Source of the DNA: an uncultured Holophagales bacterium
Lineage (GTDB): Bacteria; Acidobacteriota; Thermoanaerobaculia; Multivoradales; UBA5704
DNA length: 64,000 nucleotides
NCBI GenBank assembly: GCA_963842525.1
Contig: CAWJGT010000003.1
Location: 320,001 to 384,000 of the forward strand
Direction of reading: 5' to 3'
Part shown: piece after piece, positions 1-10,457 of the stretch
Layout of the letters: each line of letters starts with the position of its first letter
Numbering within the stretch: position 1 is the first letter of the stretch
The notes under the pieces: generated by a model
The model's database searches: none
What the model was told of the DNA's origin: nothing
Seen by the model: only the letters and a program-made list of their open reading frames with translations
Translations under genes and position numbers: made by a program

Positions 1-261
1 GTCAAGCTCGGACCGCGCCAGGGCGACGGTGCCGAGATGGCGGTTCTCGAGTTCGTGGAGCGGGGGGACGGGGCTCCGGCGGAGGCTCCGAAGGAGAAGG
101 CGAAGAAGGCCGCTCCCAAGGCCAAGAAGGACACCGAGAAGAAGGCCGAAAAGCCCAAGAAGGCGGCACCCAAGCCCCGGAAGGAAGGGGGGCGCGCCAA
201 GGAGGCGGCCCCTCGCTCCACGGGGCGGCGCGTCACCCGCCCCACGAAGACGGGCGAGTAG
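1..261 (+). CDS. rplQ: 50S ribosomal protein L17, C-terminal part with Lys/Ala-rich extension (5' end outside window)
   Basis: Frame from base 1 reads VKLGPRQGDGAEMAVLEFV, the conserved L17 C-terminal motif, followed by a K/A/E-rich tail. Confidence 0.85.
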   Translation, partial: VKLGPRQGDGAEMAVLEFVERGDGAPAEAPKEKAKKAAPKAKKDTEKKAEKPKKAAPKPRKEGGRAKEAAPRSTGRRVTRPTKTGE

Positions 262-297
262 GAAGCTCCCCGACGCGGATTTCGGAACGGCCGGCGG

Positions 298-2266
298 TCA
301 CGCCGGCCGTTCGTCTTTCTGGACGGCTGCGCTTTGGCCGGCCCGGTCGAGGAGGACCGCGATCCCGAGCACCAGCGCGATCCCGAGCGCTGCGCCGGCC
401 GGCCCGGAGATCCAGGCGAAATCGCTCTCCGCGAAGTGCCAGGACGTGAGCCAGCGGCTCCAGCCCGCCTCCGCCCACCGCGTCCTTGCCGCCACCAGGA
501 AGGCGATCGCCACACCGGCCAGCCCCTCGCCCGCGATCATTCCTGAAGCGGCGAGCACGCCGGGATCGCTCTCCCCGGCGCCCTGGGGCCGCCGGGCCTC
601 GACCACCCGCCGGACCAGGCCTCCCAGGAAGATCGGAGTGAGGCTTCCGAGCGGCAGATAGATGCCGACCGCGAAGGCCAGCCCGGGAAGCCCGGCCAGC
701 ATCGCCGAGAGCGCGAAGGCCGAGCCCGTGCCCACGAGGCCCCAGGGGAGCGAGCCGGCGAGCACGCCGTCGATGACGGTCCGCATCAGGGTAGCCTGCG
801 GCGCGGGCAGCTCCGGTGAGCCGAAGGTGAAGGCCTGGCCGAGGAGGAGCACCGTGCCGGCCACGGCCCAGCAGGCGAAGGCCGCGCCCAGAAACTGGCC
901 CGCCTGTTGCCGGGCCGGCGTCGCTCCCACCAGATAGCCGGTCTTCAGGTCCTGCGAGATGTCCCCCGCTTTGGACGCGGCGATGCAGACCACCGTGCCC
1001 ACCGTGAGGATCGCCGCACGCGCCGAGGGGTCGGTCCAGCCGAACAGAACGAACACGAGGGAGACCCCGAGCAGGGTGACGAGCGTCATGCCCGACGTGG
1101 GGTTCGAGGAGACGCCGATCAACCCCACGATGCGCGAGGAGACCACGACGAACAGGATGCCGAAGAGGCCTACGCCGAGAGCCGCGGCCAGGCGCGGCAC
1201 GAAGCTCATGTTGCCGGCGAGCAACCCCGGCACGGAGACCAGGGCGAGCACCACGATCGCCGGGCCGGCGAGAACCACCCAGCCGGGCAGATCGCGATCG
1301 GTCCGCGGGACGGGGCCTGCGGTATTTGCGGCATCGGGGCCCGTACCCTCCTGGCGCAGCCCGCTCAGGACCGCGCGGAGCGAGGCGACCATGGTGGGGA
1401 GGGCCCGCGCGACCGTGACGATGCCGGCCGCGGCCACGGCCCCTGCACCGATATAGCGCACATACCGCGACCAGATCTGCCCCGCCGAGAGGGCGCGGAT
1501 CGGCGTCGTCGCCTCGGGGAAGAGCGGGCTCGTGAGTCCCTCGCCCACGAGGGCGATGAGCGGGGTCAGCACAAGGGCCGAGATGAGGCTCCCGGAGACC
1601 ATGATCGCCGACTGCCGGTAGCCGAGGATGTAGCCCACCGCGAGCAGTGCCGGAGCGATCTCGAGCGCCAGCTCGGCCTTGGGAATCCCGGCGAGAGGCG
1701 CCGCGAGCTCCGACGGAATCGAGAGCGGCGGCGCCGAGAGCGAGCTTGACGGCGGCGCCGACCGCCAGGCCGATGAAGATCCACCGCCCTCCGGTCCCCT
1801 CCGCAGTCGTCGCCCGGAGGACCTCGGCGCACGCGGTCCCTTCCGGGTACGGCAGCTCGTCGGCGCTCTTGACGATCAGCAGTCGCCGCAGAGGGATCAT
1901 GGCCGAAATGCCGAGGATGGCGCCGAGGAAAGCCAGAGCCGCCACCTGCCAGAAGGGCGGAATGATCCCCCAGAGAAAGAGGGCGGGGATGGTGAAGATG
2001 GTCCCCGCTGCGAGCGACGAGCTGGCCGATCCGATCGTCTGCGACATGTTGGCTTCGAGGATCACCCCGCCCGGCCGGCGGCTCATCAGGCGGAAGAGCG
2101 CGACCGTGAGCACGGCAATGGGAATCGACGTCGAGACCGTCAGCCCTACCCGCAGCCCCAGATAGGCGTTGGCAGCGCCGAAGATGATCCCGAACACCAC
2201 CCCGGCCACCGCGGCACGCAGTGTGAATTCGACGATCGACTCGTCTCGTGGAGGCGACAGGTCCAT
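298..2266 (-). CDS. OPT-family oligopeptide transporter (one frameshift near 1720)
   Basis: N-terminal EFTLRA..NAYLGLRVGLTVSTSIP and LPYPEGTACAEVL; C-terminal SSNPTSGMT, QDLKTGYLVGATP and APQATLM; GAGGAG RBS before ATG 2266. Confidence 0.88.
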
Positions 2267-2330
2267 GAGTCCTCCTCTGGGAAACAACGGCAGAGGGTAG
2301 CACGGTGCTGCCTGTCCGAGCAGGCTTACC

Positions 2331-2546
2331 TTATAGCTCGAACGGCTCGCAGCCTTCGAAGGTCTTGCGTCGGCGCAGGTTTTCCCGTGCCACATCGGGC
2401 GGGACCTGATCGATCAGGGCCTGAAGCTGCTCCAGCCAGTTGGGTCCGGTGACGGGCCGGTTCTTCCGCAAAGCTTGGATGTCCTCCGGAGTCGTGGGAA
2501 TGTCCCGTTCGAGATCCGGGAGGTCAGAGGGTTTTCTCGAGCTCAT
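2331..2546 (-). CDS. Small hypothetical protein (71 aa), overlaps the end of the nucleotidyltransferase gene
   Basis: Overlaps the 3' end of the upstream gene; plausible composition. Confidence 0.55.
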   Translation of the reverse strand: MSSRKPSDLPDLERDIPTTPEDIQALRKNRPVTGPNWLEQLQALIDQVPPDVARENLRRRKTFEGCEPFEL

Positions 2547-3055
2547 CGAAGCGCTCCATGAGATCGTGGCGTTCGAAAAAAGTGCGGATCGTCCTTCGGT
2601 CTACACCGGGCAGTGTGATCAAGAAGCGGAGGTCGGCCATTTCCTGGAATGTTCGGGCGGGATCATTTTTCATGGCAAGCACTTTCAATGCTGCAAGGTG
2701 CTCGGGACTGGGAATGGATACCACCCGATTTCCAGGCCCCCTGAGCTGCCGGCAACTGGAGAAGAGCTTATCGCCAGTTTCTCCCTGTACGTAGACGAAA
2801 TCGAGCTTCTCCCCGGTTGGGATCAGGATGAGAGTGGTTCGAGTAGCCACTTGAGCAGTGCAAAGTTTGATAGCCGAGAGACTCCAGGTACCGGATGAGG
2901 TCCTCCTGGGAAGCGAAGTCGACCACCAGGTCCAGATCCAGTGTGGTGCGAGGAAGCCCATACATCACCAGGGCGACCCCGCCGATCACGGCATAGCGGT
3001 AGCCCTTCTGGTCTAGGAATGCTGTAACGACCTCAAGGACCTTGCCGATGTCCAT
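2524..3055 (-). CDS. Minimal nucleotidyltransferase-like protein (AbiEii/DUF6036-like; frameshift near 2810)
   Basis: YAVIGGVAL..RTTLDLDLVV motif (GG..DxD) joined to IPSPEHLAALKVLA in another frame. Confidence 0.7.
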
Positions 3056-3066
3056 GGAGCTCTGGC

Positions 3067-4088
3067 TTAGAGGAGATGCTTCGGTCCCAGCCGCTCGATC
3101 GGCAAGCCTGCTGCCTCGCGCAGCGCCGCCTCGGTGTATTTGACGACCATGGTGCCGCGCCATTGTGCCTGGAAATCGGTGTTGTCCATCGGATAGGCCG
3201 GCTTGCGGGCGAGACGGGCGGCCTCGGCGATGACCTCTCCGGTGAGCGGCTTGCCGATCAGGAAGGCGGCGGCCTCGGTGGCCGGGACGGGGTAGGAGCC
3301 CACGGCGCCCAGGTAGATGCGGGCCTCCGTGACGATCCCCTGCGGGTCGGTCCAGAGGGCGACGGCGGAAGAGAGCACGGCGAAGTCGATCGAGCCGCGG
3401 CGGCGGAGCTTCCAGAAGGCGGAGCGGCAGTGCGCTGCTGTCGGCCCCGGCCGGCAGCAGGAGCCCGGTCACGATTTCGTCCGGACGCTTGGCGAGGTAA
3501 TGGATGCCGTCATCCTGGTAAAGGCCCTCGATCGGGATCGTCTCGCTCGCCCTCCTTCGAGACCAACTGCACCCGGGCACCGAGGGCGCAGAGGACGGGC
3601 GCGGAGTCGGAGGCGGAATGGGCGAGACAGTTGGGCGAGCTCGTCGCGACCCAGCAGATCTCCCCTGCCTCTTTCATGCAGTAGGCGATGGACCGGCGCC
3701 AGTCCTCGGTCTGGTTATAGTAGGTGCAGCGCGTGTCCACACAGACGTTGCCGCCGATCGTTCCCATGTGGCGCAGCGGTGGCGAGGAGATCGAGGCCAC
3801 GGCCCGGGCCAGGGCGGGAAAGCGGCTGCGAATCGTTTCGCTGCGGACGATGTCGTCGAGAATCGTCGTCGCGCCGAGCTGGATTCCACCATTCACGTCG
3901 ATGCCGGCCAGGCCGGGAATCCGCATCAAGCTGACCACGGTCTGCGCCTTCTGGTGCCGGCGCTTCATGTTCGGCCAGAGATCGGTCCCGCCGGCGACGA
4001 GGCGGACCTGTTCTTCTCCAGCGAGGACATCCGCCGCTTCAGATAACGTTTTCGCGATCCGGAAACGAAAGGGGGGTAATCGAAGCAT
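3067..4088 (-). CDS. hcrB: 4-hydroxybenzoyl-CoA reductase beta-like FAD subunit (frameshifted near 3430-3540)
   Basis: VAGGTDL and TIGGN FAD motifs plus Cys insert CVDTRCTYYNQ..C..C..C, typical of the [4Fe-4S]-containing HcrB. Confidence 0.8.
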
Positions 4089-4138
4089 GCGTTACCTGCC
4101 GAATGTGTTAACTGTCGAGGAAGTCCTTCGCGCCCGCG

Positions 4139-4247
4139 CCCAGGGTTCACACCCTGGGCTACCGAATGACGCCCTCCGGGCTCGCGGGAACCAAGGATTC
4201 CAGAGCCCGGAGGGCGGAACTGGGTAGCCCCGGGTGTCAACCCGGGG
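4139..4247. repeat. REP-like palindrome family A (CCCAGGG-N6-CCCTGGG with GCCC..GGGC hairpins), inverted doublet
   Basis: cccagggttcacaccctggg ... gccctccgggc ... gcccggagggc ... ccccgggtgtcaacccgggg; related copies at about 18040-18133, 28290-28440, 29048-29150 and 46999-47098. Confidence 0.75.
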
Positions 4248-4261
4248 CGAGGGGCGGAGCA

Positions 4262-6845
4262 TCAGCGAGCCCCCTTGAGATCGGTCGTCAGCGCCGCGAG
4301 CTTCTTCTTCTTGAGCGCTTCCTCGCGGCTCATCATGGTCCCCGAGGCCGAACGCATGCCGGAGCGGAGCTTCTCGCGATAGTCGTTGATCGCGGTGCCG
4401 TCGCCACCCTGCTCGGGCGTGGGGACGATCAGCGTCTCGCCGAAGTCGACCTCGGGGAACGCCTTGGGGCCGTAGCGCGGCTCCCCTTTAGCTCCGGCTT
4501 GCAGGGCCTTGAGGATCATGTGCGGATGGATCGGCGTCTCGTCGATCCGCACCCCCACCGCATCCCAGATGGCGTTCGCCACCGCGGGCATGACCGGCAG
4601 CAGCGGCCCCTGGCCCACTTCCTTGGCGCCGAACGGGCCTCGCGGATCCGGATCTTCGATCAGATAAGTGGTGACCGGCGGCATGTCCGCGAAGGTCGGG
4701 CTCTTGTACTCCAGCATCGACGGGAGCTTGTGGACCAGAGCGTTCGAAAGGTGGCGGGGGAGGCGGCGGAACGCCTGCTCTTCCATCATCACTTCGCCGA
4801 GGCCCATGTAGACGCTTCCCTCCACCTGCCCGAGCACCAGCACCGGATTGATCGATTTTCCGACGTCGTGCGCGATCCAGACGTGGACCGGGTTCCAGAG
4901 GCCGGTCTCGGGATCGACCTCCACCTCCACGACGGACGCCGTGTAGGAGTAGGCCGGGGAGGGGCCGACGCCCGCGCCCCGGTACTTGCCGGGCGAGCGC
5001 GGCGGGATATAGCTGCCGGTCGTGCCCAGGGTGCCGAAACGGGCCTCGGCCGCGATCACCGCCTCCTGGAAGGTGACGCCGTTGTCCGGGTCCGCGGCGT
5101 CGAAGACCCGCCGGTCCGCGAACACCAGGCGCGGGACCGGAATTTCGAGCTGCTCGGAGACCGCCTTGGCCAGCATCTCGCGCGCCCGCTCGGCCGCCTG
5201 GAGCGCCGCGTTGCCCATCATCAGCGTCACGCGCGAGGAGTAGCTCCCGAGGTCCACTGGAGTCAGGTCGGTGTCGGCCACGCAGAGGCGGATGTCCGAA
5301 AGCGAAATTCCCAGCACCTCGGCCACCACGGCGGCGAGCACCGAGTCCGAGCCCTGGCCGATCTCCGCTTCGCCGCAGAAGACGGCGACGCCGCCCGAGC
5401 GGTCGAGCTTGAGCTGCACGCCCGACTGCGGCATGTGGTTCCAGTAGATCGGCAGGCCCGCGCCGCAGAGGTACGAGCCGCAGGCCAGGCCCAGGCCGCG
5501 CCCCTCGGGCAGCTTTCCCCAGCGCTCGCGGAAGCGGCTCCCCGCGACCACGGCTTCAATGCACTGCCGCAGGCCCATCGAGCCGATGCGCAGCCAGTTG
5601 GCCGTGATCGTGTCCGGCTCGGCGAGCATGCCGAGGCGCAGGTCGGCCGGATTGATCCCCAGCTTGGCGGCGATCTTGTCCAGATGGACCTCGAAGGCGA
5701 AGCGGGGCTGCGGCGTGCCGTGGCCGCGCTTGGGGCCGCACGGGGGCTTGTTGGTGAAGCAGCGGACCCCCTGGAACTCGTACGCCGGCATCTTGTAGGT
5801 CACGGTCTGGAGCGCGCCGGTGTAATAGGTCGAGGCCACGCCGTAGCTGCCGTAGGCGCCGCCGTCGAGCGCCGTGCGCAGGCGCTGGGCGGTGATGCGC
5901 ACCCGGTCGCCGTCCTTCTTGATCCCGGTCCGCACGTGCATCAGGACGGGATGGCGCCCGCGATGGCAATAGAAGACCTCCTCGCGGGTGAGGCTCACCT
6001 TGACCGGCCGGCCGAGCTTCAGAGCCATTTTCGCCGCGGCGATCTCATGGTTGAACGGATCGCTCTTGCCGCCGAAGCCGCCGCCGTTCGAGCAGGCGAC
6101 CACGCGGATGCGCGAAGCGGGCAGGCCGAGCACCTTGGTCAGGGCGCGGTGGACGTAGTGCGGCGTCTGGGTCGAGGAGTAGAGGGTCACCCGGTCGTCG
6201 TCCTCGGGGACCGCCACCGCGGCATGCTGCTCCAGGGGCAGATGGGTGTTCCCCTCGTAGAAGACGGTGTCCTCGAAGATCTCGTCGGCCTCGGCGAATC
6301 CGCCTTCGACGTCGCCGAAGGTCATGGAAACCTTTTTGTGGACGTTGCCGTCGTCGCCGTAGTCGTGGATGCGGGGCTCAGGGGTGGCGAGCGCCTCGTC
6401 GATGCTCCCGATCGTCGGCAGCGGCTCGTAGTCGATCCGCACCTTCCAGCCCGCCTCGTAGGCAGCGTCCTCGGTCGTCGCAGCCACGGCCACCACCGGA
6501 TCGCCCACGAAGCGGACCCGGTCGAGGCAGAGGGCGTGCTCGTCCTGCGACACCGGCAGGATGCCGAAGGGGGCCGGCATCTCCTCGCCGGTCAGGAATC
6601 CCAGGACGCCCGGCACCTTCTCCGCCTCGGAGAGATCGATCTTCCTGATCAGCGCGTGCGGCACGGTCGAGCGGACGAGCCGCAGGAAGCACATCCGGGG
6701 AAACGAGAGATCGTCGGCGAACTTCGTCGCCCCGGTGACCTTGGCCCGGCCGTCCACCCGGCGGAAGGGCTTGCCGATGATGTTCGGCTCGCGCGAGGGG
6801 CCGGGTTCTTCCTCGATGCTCCGGTTTCCGAATCGGTTCAGCCAT
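4262..6845 (-). CDS. hcrA: 4-hydroxybenzoyl-CoA reductase alpha-like molybdopterin-binding subunit (xanthine oxidase family; probable 5' frameshift)
   Basis: RVDGRAKVTG, GGGFGGK, PKRGHG, GSYSSR, GAKEVG motifs. Confidence 0.85.
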
Positions 6846-6851
6846 GGAGCC

Positions 6852-7496
6852 TCAGACCTCCCCCTCTCCCGGAGGAAGGGGGGGCGATGGGAGAGGGGGA
6901 CCAAGGGGGTGAGGTCTCCCCCCTCTCCCGTTCGGGCGGGGGACTGGAGGCTGCACGGGAGAGGGGGCCGGGGAGAGGGCTCTCCATAGAACACCTCGAT
7001 CCGGCGGATTCCAATCCTCCCCCCGCATCTGCGCGGCGGCCCATTCCACGCCCTGGACGATCTTGTGATAGCCGGTGCAGCGGCAGAGATTGCCGGACAG
7101 CGCCTCGCGGATCTCGTCGCTGCTGGGCCGCGGGTTGTCCGCCAGCAGGGCCTTGGAGGTCATCAGGATGCCCGGCGTGCAGTAGCCGCACTGGGCCGCG
7201 CCGAGGTCGGCGAAGGCGGCCTGGAGCGGGTGCAGGTCGTTGCCGATCTGCAGGCCCTCGACCGTCTCGATCTCCCGCCCTTCCATCTCGGCCGCCAGCG
7301 CGAGGCAGGAGAGCACTGGCCGGCCGTCCACCAGCACCGCGCAGGTGCCGCACTCGCCGAGCTCGCAGCCGTGCTTGGTCCCGGTCAGGCCGCACTCCTC
7401 GCGCAGCACCTCCAGAAGGGTGTGATGGGTCGGAAAGACCACGGCCCGGGTCTCGCCGTTGATCCGCAGCCGGAGGGTGGTCAGCTCGTCGTTCAT
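6852..7496 (-). CDS. hcrC: (2Fe-2S)-binding small subunit, HcrC-like; C-terminal tail derived from a REP-like repeat
   Basis: [23 protein letters not shown]; ATGA overlap with the TetR stop. Confidence 0.85.
   Translation of the reverse strand: MNDELTTLRLRINGETRAVVFPTHHTLLEVLREECGLTGTKHGCELGECGTCAVLVDGRPVLSCLALAAEMEGREIETVEGLQIGNDLHPLQAAFADLGAAQCGYCTPGILMTSKALLADNPRPSSDEIREALSGNLCRCTGYHKIVQGVEWAAAQMRGEDWNPPDRGVLWRALSPAPSPVQPPVPRPNGRGGRPHPLGPPLPSPPLPPGEGEV
6856..6985. repeat. REP-like family B (CCTCACCCCCTGGCCCCCTCTCCC...GGGAGAGGGGG)
   Basis: Variant copy; related copies at about 20293, 21328, 23851, 45290, 58255, 59989, 61193 and 62533. Confidence 0.75.
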
Positions 7497-8167
7497 GCCG
7501 TCTCCCTGACGGCCAGCGTTTCGAGGAGGGCTGGCGGCGGGGCCTGCATCTCCTGTCCGGGAGCGAGCAAGCCGCACACCAGGATCTCGGCCTGCTCGCA
7601 GCCGATGTCGCGTGCGTTCTTGCCGCCGCCGGGCCGGAACCACTTGACCGTCCAGTTCACCGCGCCGAGCAGGGCGAGCGCCGCCACCTTGGGATCGACG
7701 CTCCGGAACAGGCCCTTCGCGGCGCCGTCCTCGATCAGCCTGCGGAAGCACCGCTCGTATTCATCGCGCCCCGCCTGGACCGGTCGCCGCAGCTTCGGCC
7801 CCAGGGCTTCGACCTCCAGGTGGGCCAGCGATCCGGGGGTGACCTCGTTGAGCAGCACCACATGGCCGACGAGCAGGAGGTAGAGCTTCTGGTCCGCCCG
7901 CAGCTCGAGCGCTTGCACGCGCCCAGCCAGCTCGAGGAGGCTGGCGAGCGTGGTCTGCTGGATGAAGGCGAGAAGCTCTTCCTTGTCCTTGAAGTAGTAG
8001 TAGAGGTTCCCGACCGCCATATCCAGCTCGGCGGCGATGTCCCGCATCCCCGTCGCATGCAGCCCCTTCCTCCGGAAGACCCGGGAGGCGGCAGCCAGGA
8101 TCTCCTGCCGCTTCTCGTGCGGCCGGCCGGAGGAGTCCTGGGTGAGGGCGGCGCGGATTTGAACCAT
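7493..8167 (-). CDS. TetR/AcrR family regulator
   Basis: ILAAASRVFRRKGLHATGMRDIAAELDMAVGNLYYYFKDKEELL helix-turn-helix. Confidence 0.92.
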   Translation of the reverse strand: MVQIRAALTQDSSGRPHEKRQEILAAASRVFRRKGLHATGMRDIAAELDMAVGNLYYYFKDKEELLAFIQQTTLASLLELAGRVQALELRADQKLYLLLVGHVVLLNEVTPGSLAHLEVEALGPKLRRPVQAGRDEYERCFRRLIEDGAAKGLFRSVDPKVAALALLGAVNWTVKWFRPGGGKNARDIGCEQAEILVCGLLAPGQEMQAPPPALLETLAVRETA

Positions 8168-8390
8168 CGTTCAAATCGTGCCATGCGGGGGTGGTCCTGT
8201 CAAGGCGGCGAGCCCAAACAGGTGCCTGAGGATTCTAGGGTCGCCCTGTTCGCGGACTGCACCTGCGCCAGACGGCCATCGCTGCCGCGAGGCCGCCGAC
8301 GGTCTGCTGCCTCGGTCCCAAGTTGCGGTGAAGGGCCAGGCTTGCGGCAGAATAGCCCAAGAAGGGCCAGATCGGCCCAAGTTGCCGTGA

Positions 8391-8666
8391 ATAAGATTAA
8401 GTCGCGGCAGATAAGCTTATCTTGCGGTGGATACCCTTAAGTCGCGGTGGATAAGCTTAGACGCCGCGGATAAGCTTAAGTCGCGGCGGAGATCCTTATC
8501 TTGCGGTGGATAAGGATATCTCGCGGTGGATATCCTTAGGCGCGGCGGATAAGCTTATCTTGCGGCAGATAAGCTTAAGTCGCGGCGGATAAGGATATCC
8601 ACCGCAGCTAAGCTTAAGTCGCGGTGGATACGCTTATCGGCGGCGGATACGCTTATCCGGCGGTGG
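8391..8666. repeat. Degenerate tandem array of about 14 units of 19-20 bp with palindromic core GATAAGCTTATC
   Basis: Units such as ataagcttatcttgcggtgg and ataagcttaagtcgcggcgg run head-to-tail with no spacers. Confidence 0.9.
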
Positions 8667-8799
8667 CGATCGGGCTCCGGACCGGATACGGGGCGCCAGG
8701 GCGGATAAGCGTCGTCACGGCTGCGGCCCCTCCGGTCCGCGGGTGCAGGCCGCGACGCGGTGGAGAAGCAGCTCGCGCTCGCGCGACAGCCCTCCAAAC

Positions 8800-9160
8800 C
8801 CTCTCCGGCTCTTTCTTCGAGATTTTCGCCCCAACGCCTCGCCGTGCAGAATCTTCTTCGTCGCTACAACTGGCTTCGACGCACGGCAAACCAGCCGTCC
8901 GGGTTCATCACGGAGCCGCTCTCGCCCGACAGGCGCTGTCCGCCGGCCGAGGATTCGCCTGGCACCCTGTTGGGGTCCAGCCGGGGATGTTGCAGCCGGA
9001 GTCTCTGGTGAACATGCTCCGCTCGATCTCGGGCTGGTGTGGCGCCCTGGTCCTCCGCCACCCCTCGGCCGAGGCATTCCGCGCTACTGCGGAGGTGTCC
9101 GACGTACCGGTGATCAACGGCGGGAACGGTTGCGAGCACCACCCTACCCAGGCTCTCCTG
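8800..9160 (+). pseudogene. Fragment of an aspartate/ornithine carbamoyltransferase-family gene
   Basis: ESLVNMLRSISGW..LVLRHP..VPVINGGNGCEHHPTQALL; no intact STRT motif and no C-terminal domain. Confidence 0.65.
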
Positions 9161-9383
9161 AGCCCGCAGTGGATGAGCTTCCAGCGGCCGGCTACTTCGA
9201 TCAGAGCCGAGATGCGCTCTTTGTGCGTTGTGCCGTGCTGGAGCGGATATTGTCGACAGACGTCGATAATCATCTGTTATCGCTAGTTCGCCTAGAGCAG
9301 TACGTCCTTCTCGCATCGTCGGGCTCACCTTCTTTTTCGGCGTTTCCGACGCCGGCAACTCCTACCTGCTACGAGGATAACAG

Positions 9384-10455
9384 ATGATTATGGTGCTCGG
9401 TCTACGATCCAGCAGCGTTACGAAGCGCTCAAGCCCATTCTGGATGAGCGTCTTCGCCGCCTTTGGGTGGCCGCCGAGGCTGTTGCCCTTGGGACTGGAG
9501 GTATTTCTATGTTGGCTGGGATCACTGGCCTCTCTCGAACAACGATCCGCTCAGGCATGGCGGAACTTCGAAACGCGGGCGCGGAGTTGGGTCTTCTTGC
9601 TAAGGAGGGGCGTGTACGGAGGCCCGGGGAGGACGCAAAGCCGTTGAGGATCTTCATAAGAGCCTCGATGACGATCTAGCCGAGCTTCTGGAGAGCTTCC
9701 AGGAGGGGGATCGTCGGGCCCTGGACTGGACCTGCAAGAGCGTCCGCGCTCTGGCCAAAGAGCTGTCGGTTCACGGGCGTCATGTGAGCTATCGAACCGT
9801 CAACAACCTGCTTCATCGAAAGGGCTATCACTTTTCTCCGATCGTTAACTACAAGAAGTTCTCTATTGTGAATCGGCGGAACCAGTACCACTTGGTCTCC
9901 CGCCGTTGTTCCTGGTTTCTAACGCGTGGTGAGCCGGTTCTCTCTTTGGTTCTTTTTGAGAAGGTGGCGGGAGAGGCGGAGGGAGGGGCAAAAATTGTTG
10001 CGCCGGAACCGAAATCAGCATCTCTGGCTGCCTCGGTCCTTCGCTATTGGTGGGAAAGCAGCAAGGCACAAAACCGATTTCGAGAAAATCGCTTTCTCTT
10101 GATGACTGACACCTCTGGCTTGCCGACCGGAGACAGAGACATATGGGTTCCGGCTCTACGAGAGTTGGCGAGAGACCTTGCGGTGGAAATTGTTGTAGCC
10201 CATGTCCCTCCCGGAGCGCGGCGTTGGCGGAAAACAGTGAGGGCGATTTCTTGTGTGCTCTCTCCATCGGCTCTCAGAGAGCCAGCCTCTGAACTGTCGA
10301 TTGAAGTTGATCAAGTACTTCCTCCGGACGCGCAGGGTACGGTTGAGAGAGCCAGGATGTCACGGACGCCTGCACCACAAAGAACGCTGGAGATTTTCCA
10401 GGATTGGAACTATATAGTGACATCGCGCTCCGATTCGATCTCCACCGAGTTATAG
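9384..10455 (+). mobile_element. Degenerate ISAzo13-family transposase (split)
   Basis: RYEALKPILDERLRRLWVAAEAVALGTGGIS..TGLSRTTIRSG; later EIVVAHVPPGARRW and DWNY. Confidence 0.7.
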
Positions 10456-10457
10456 GA

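Noticed and set aside
4166-7462. Long 1098-aa plus-strand ORF (also 45656-47077, 47727-49835 and the 5' part of 50016-53831)
   Set aside because: Antisense shadows of real GC-rich genes, with no recognisable motifs
8391-8666. CRISPR array
   Set aside because: Units are contiguous and degenerate, with no unique spacers and no cas genes in the window
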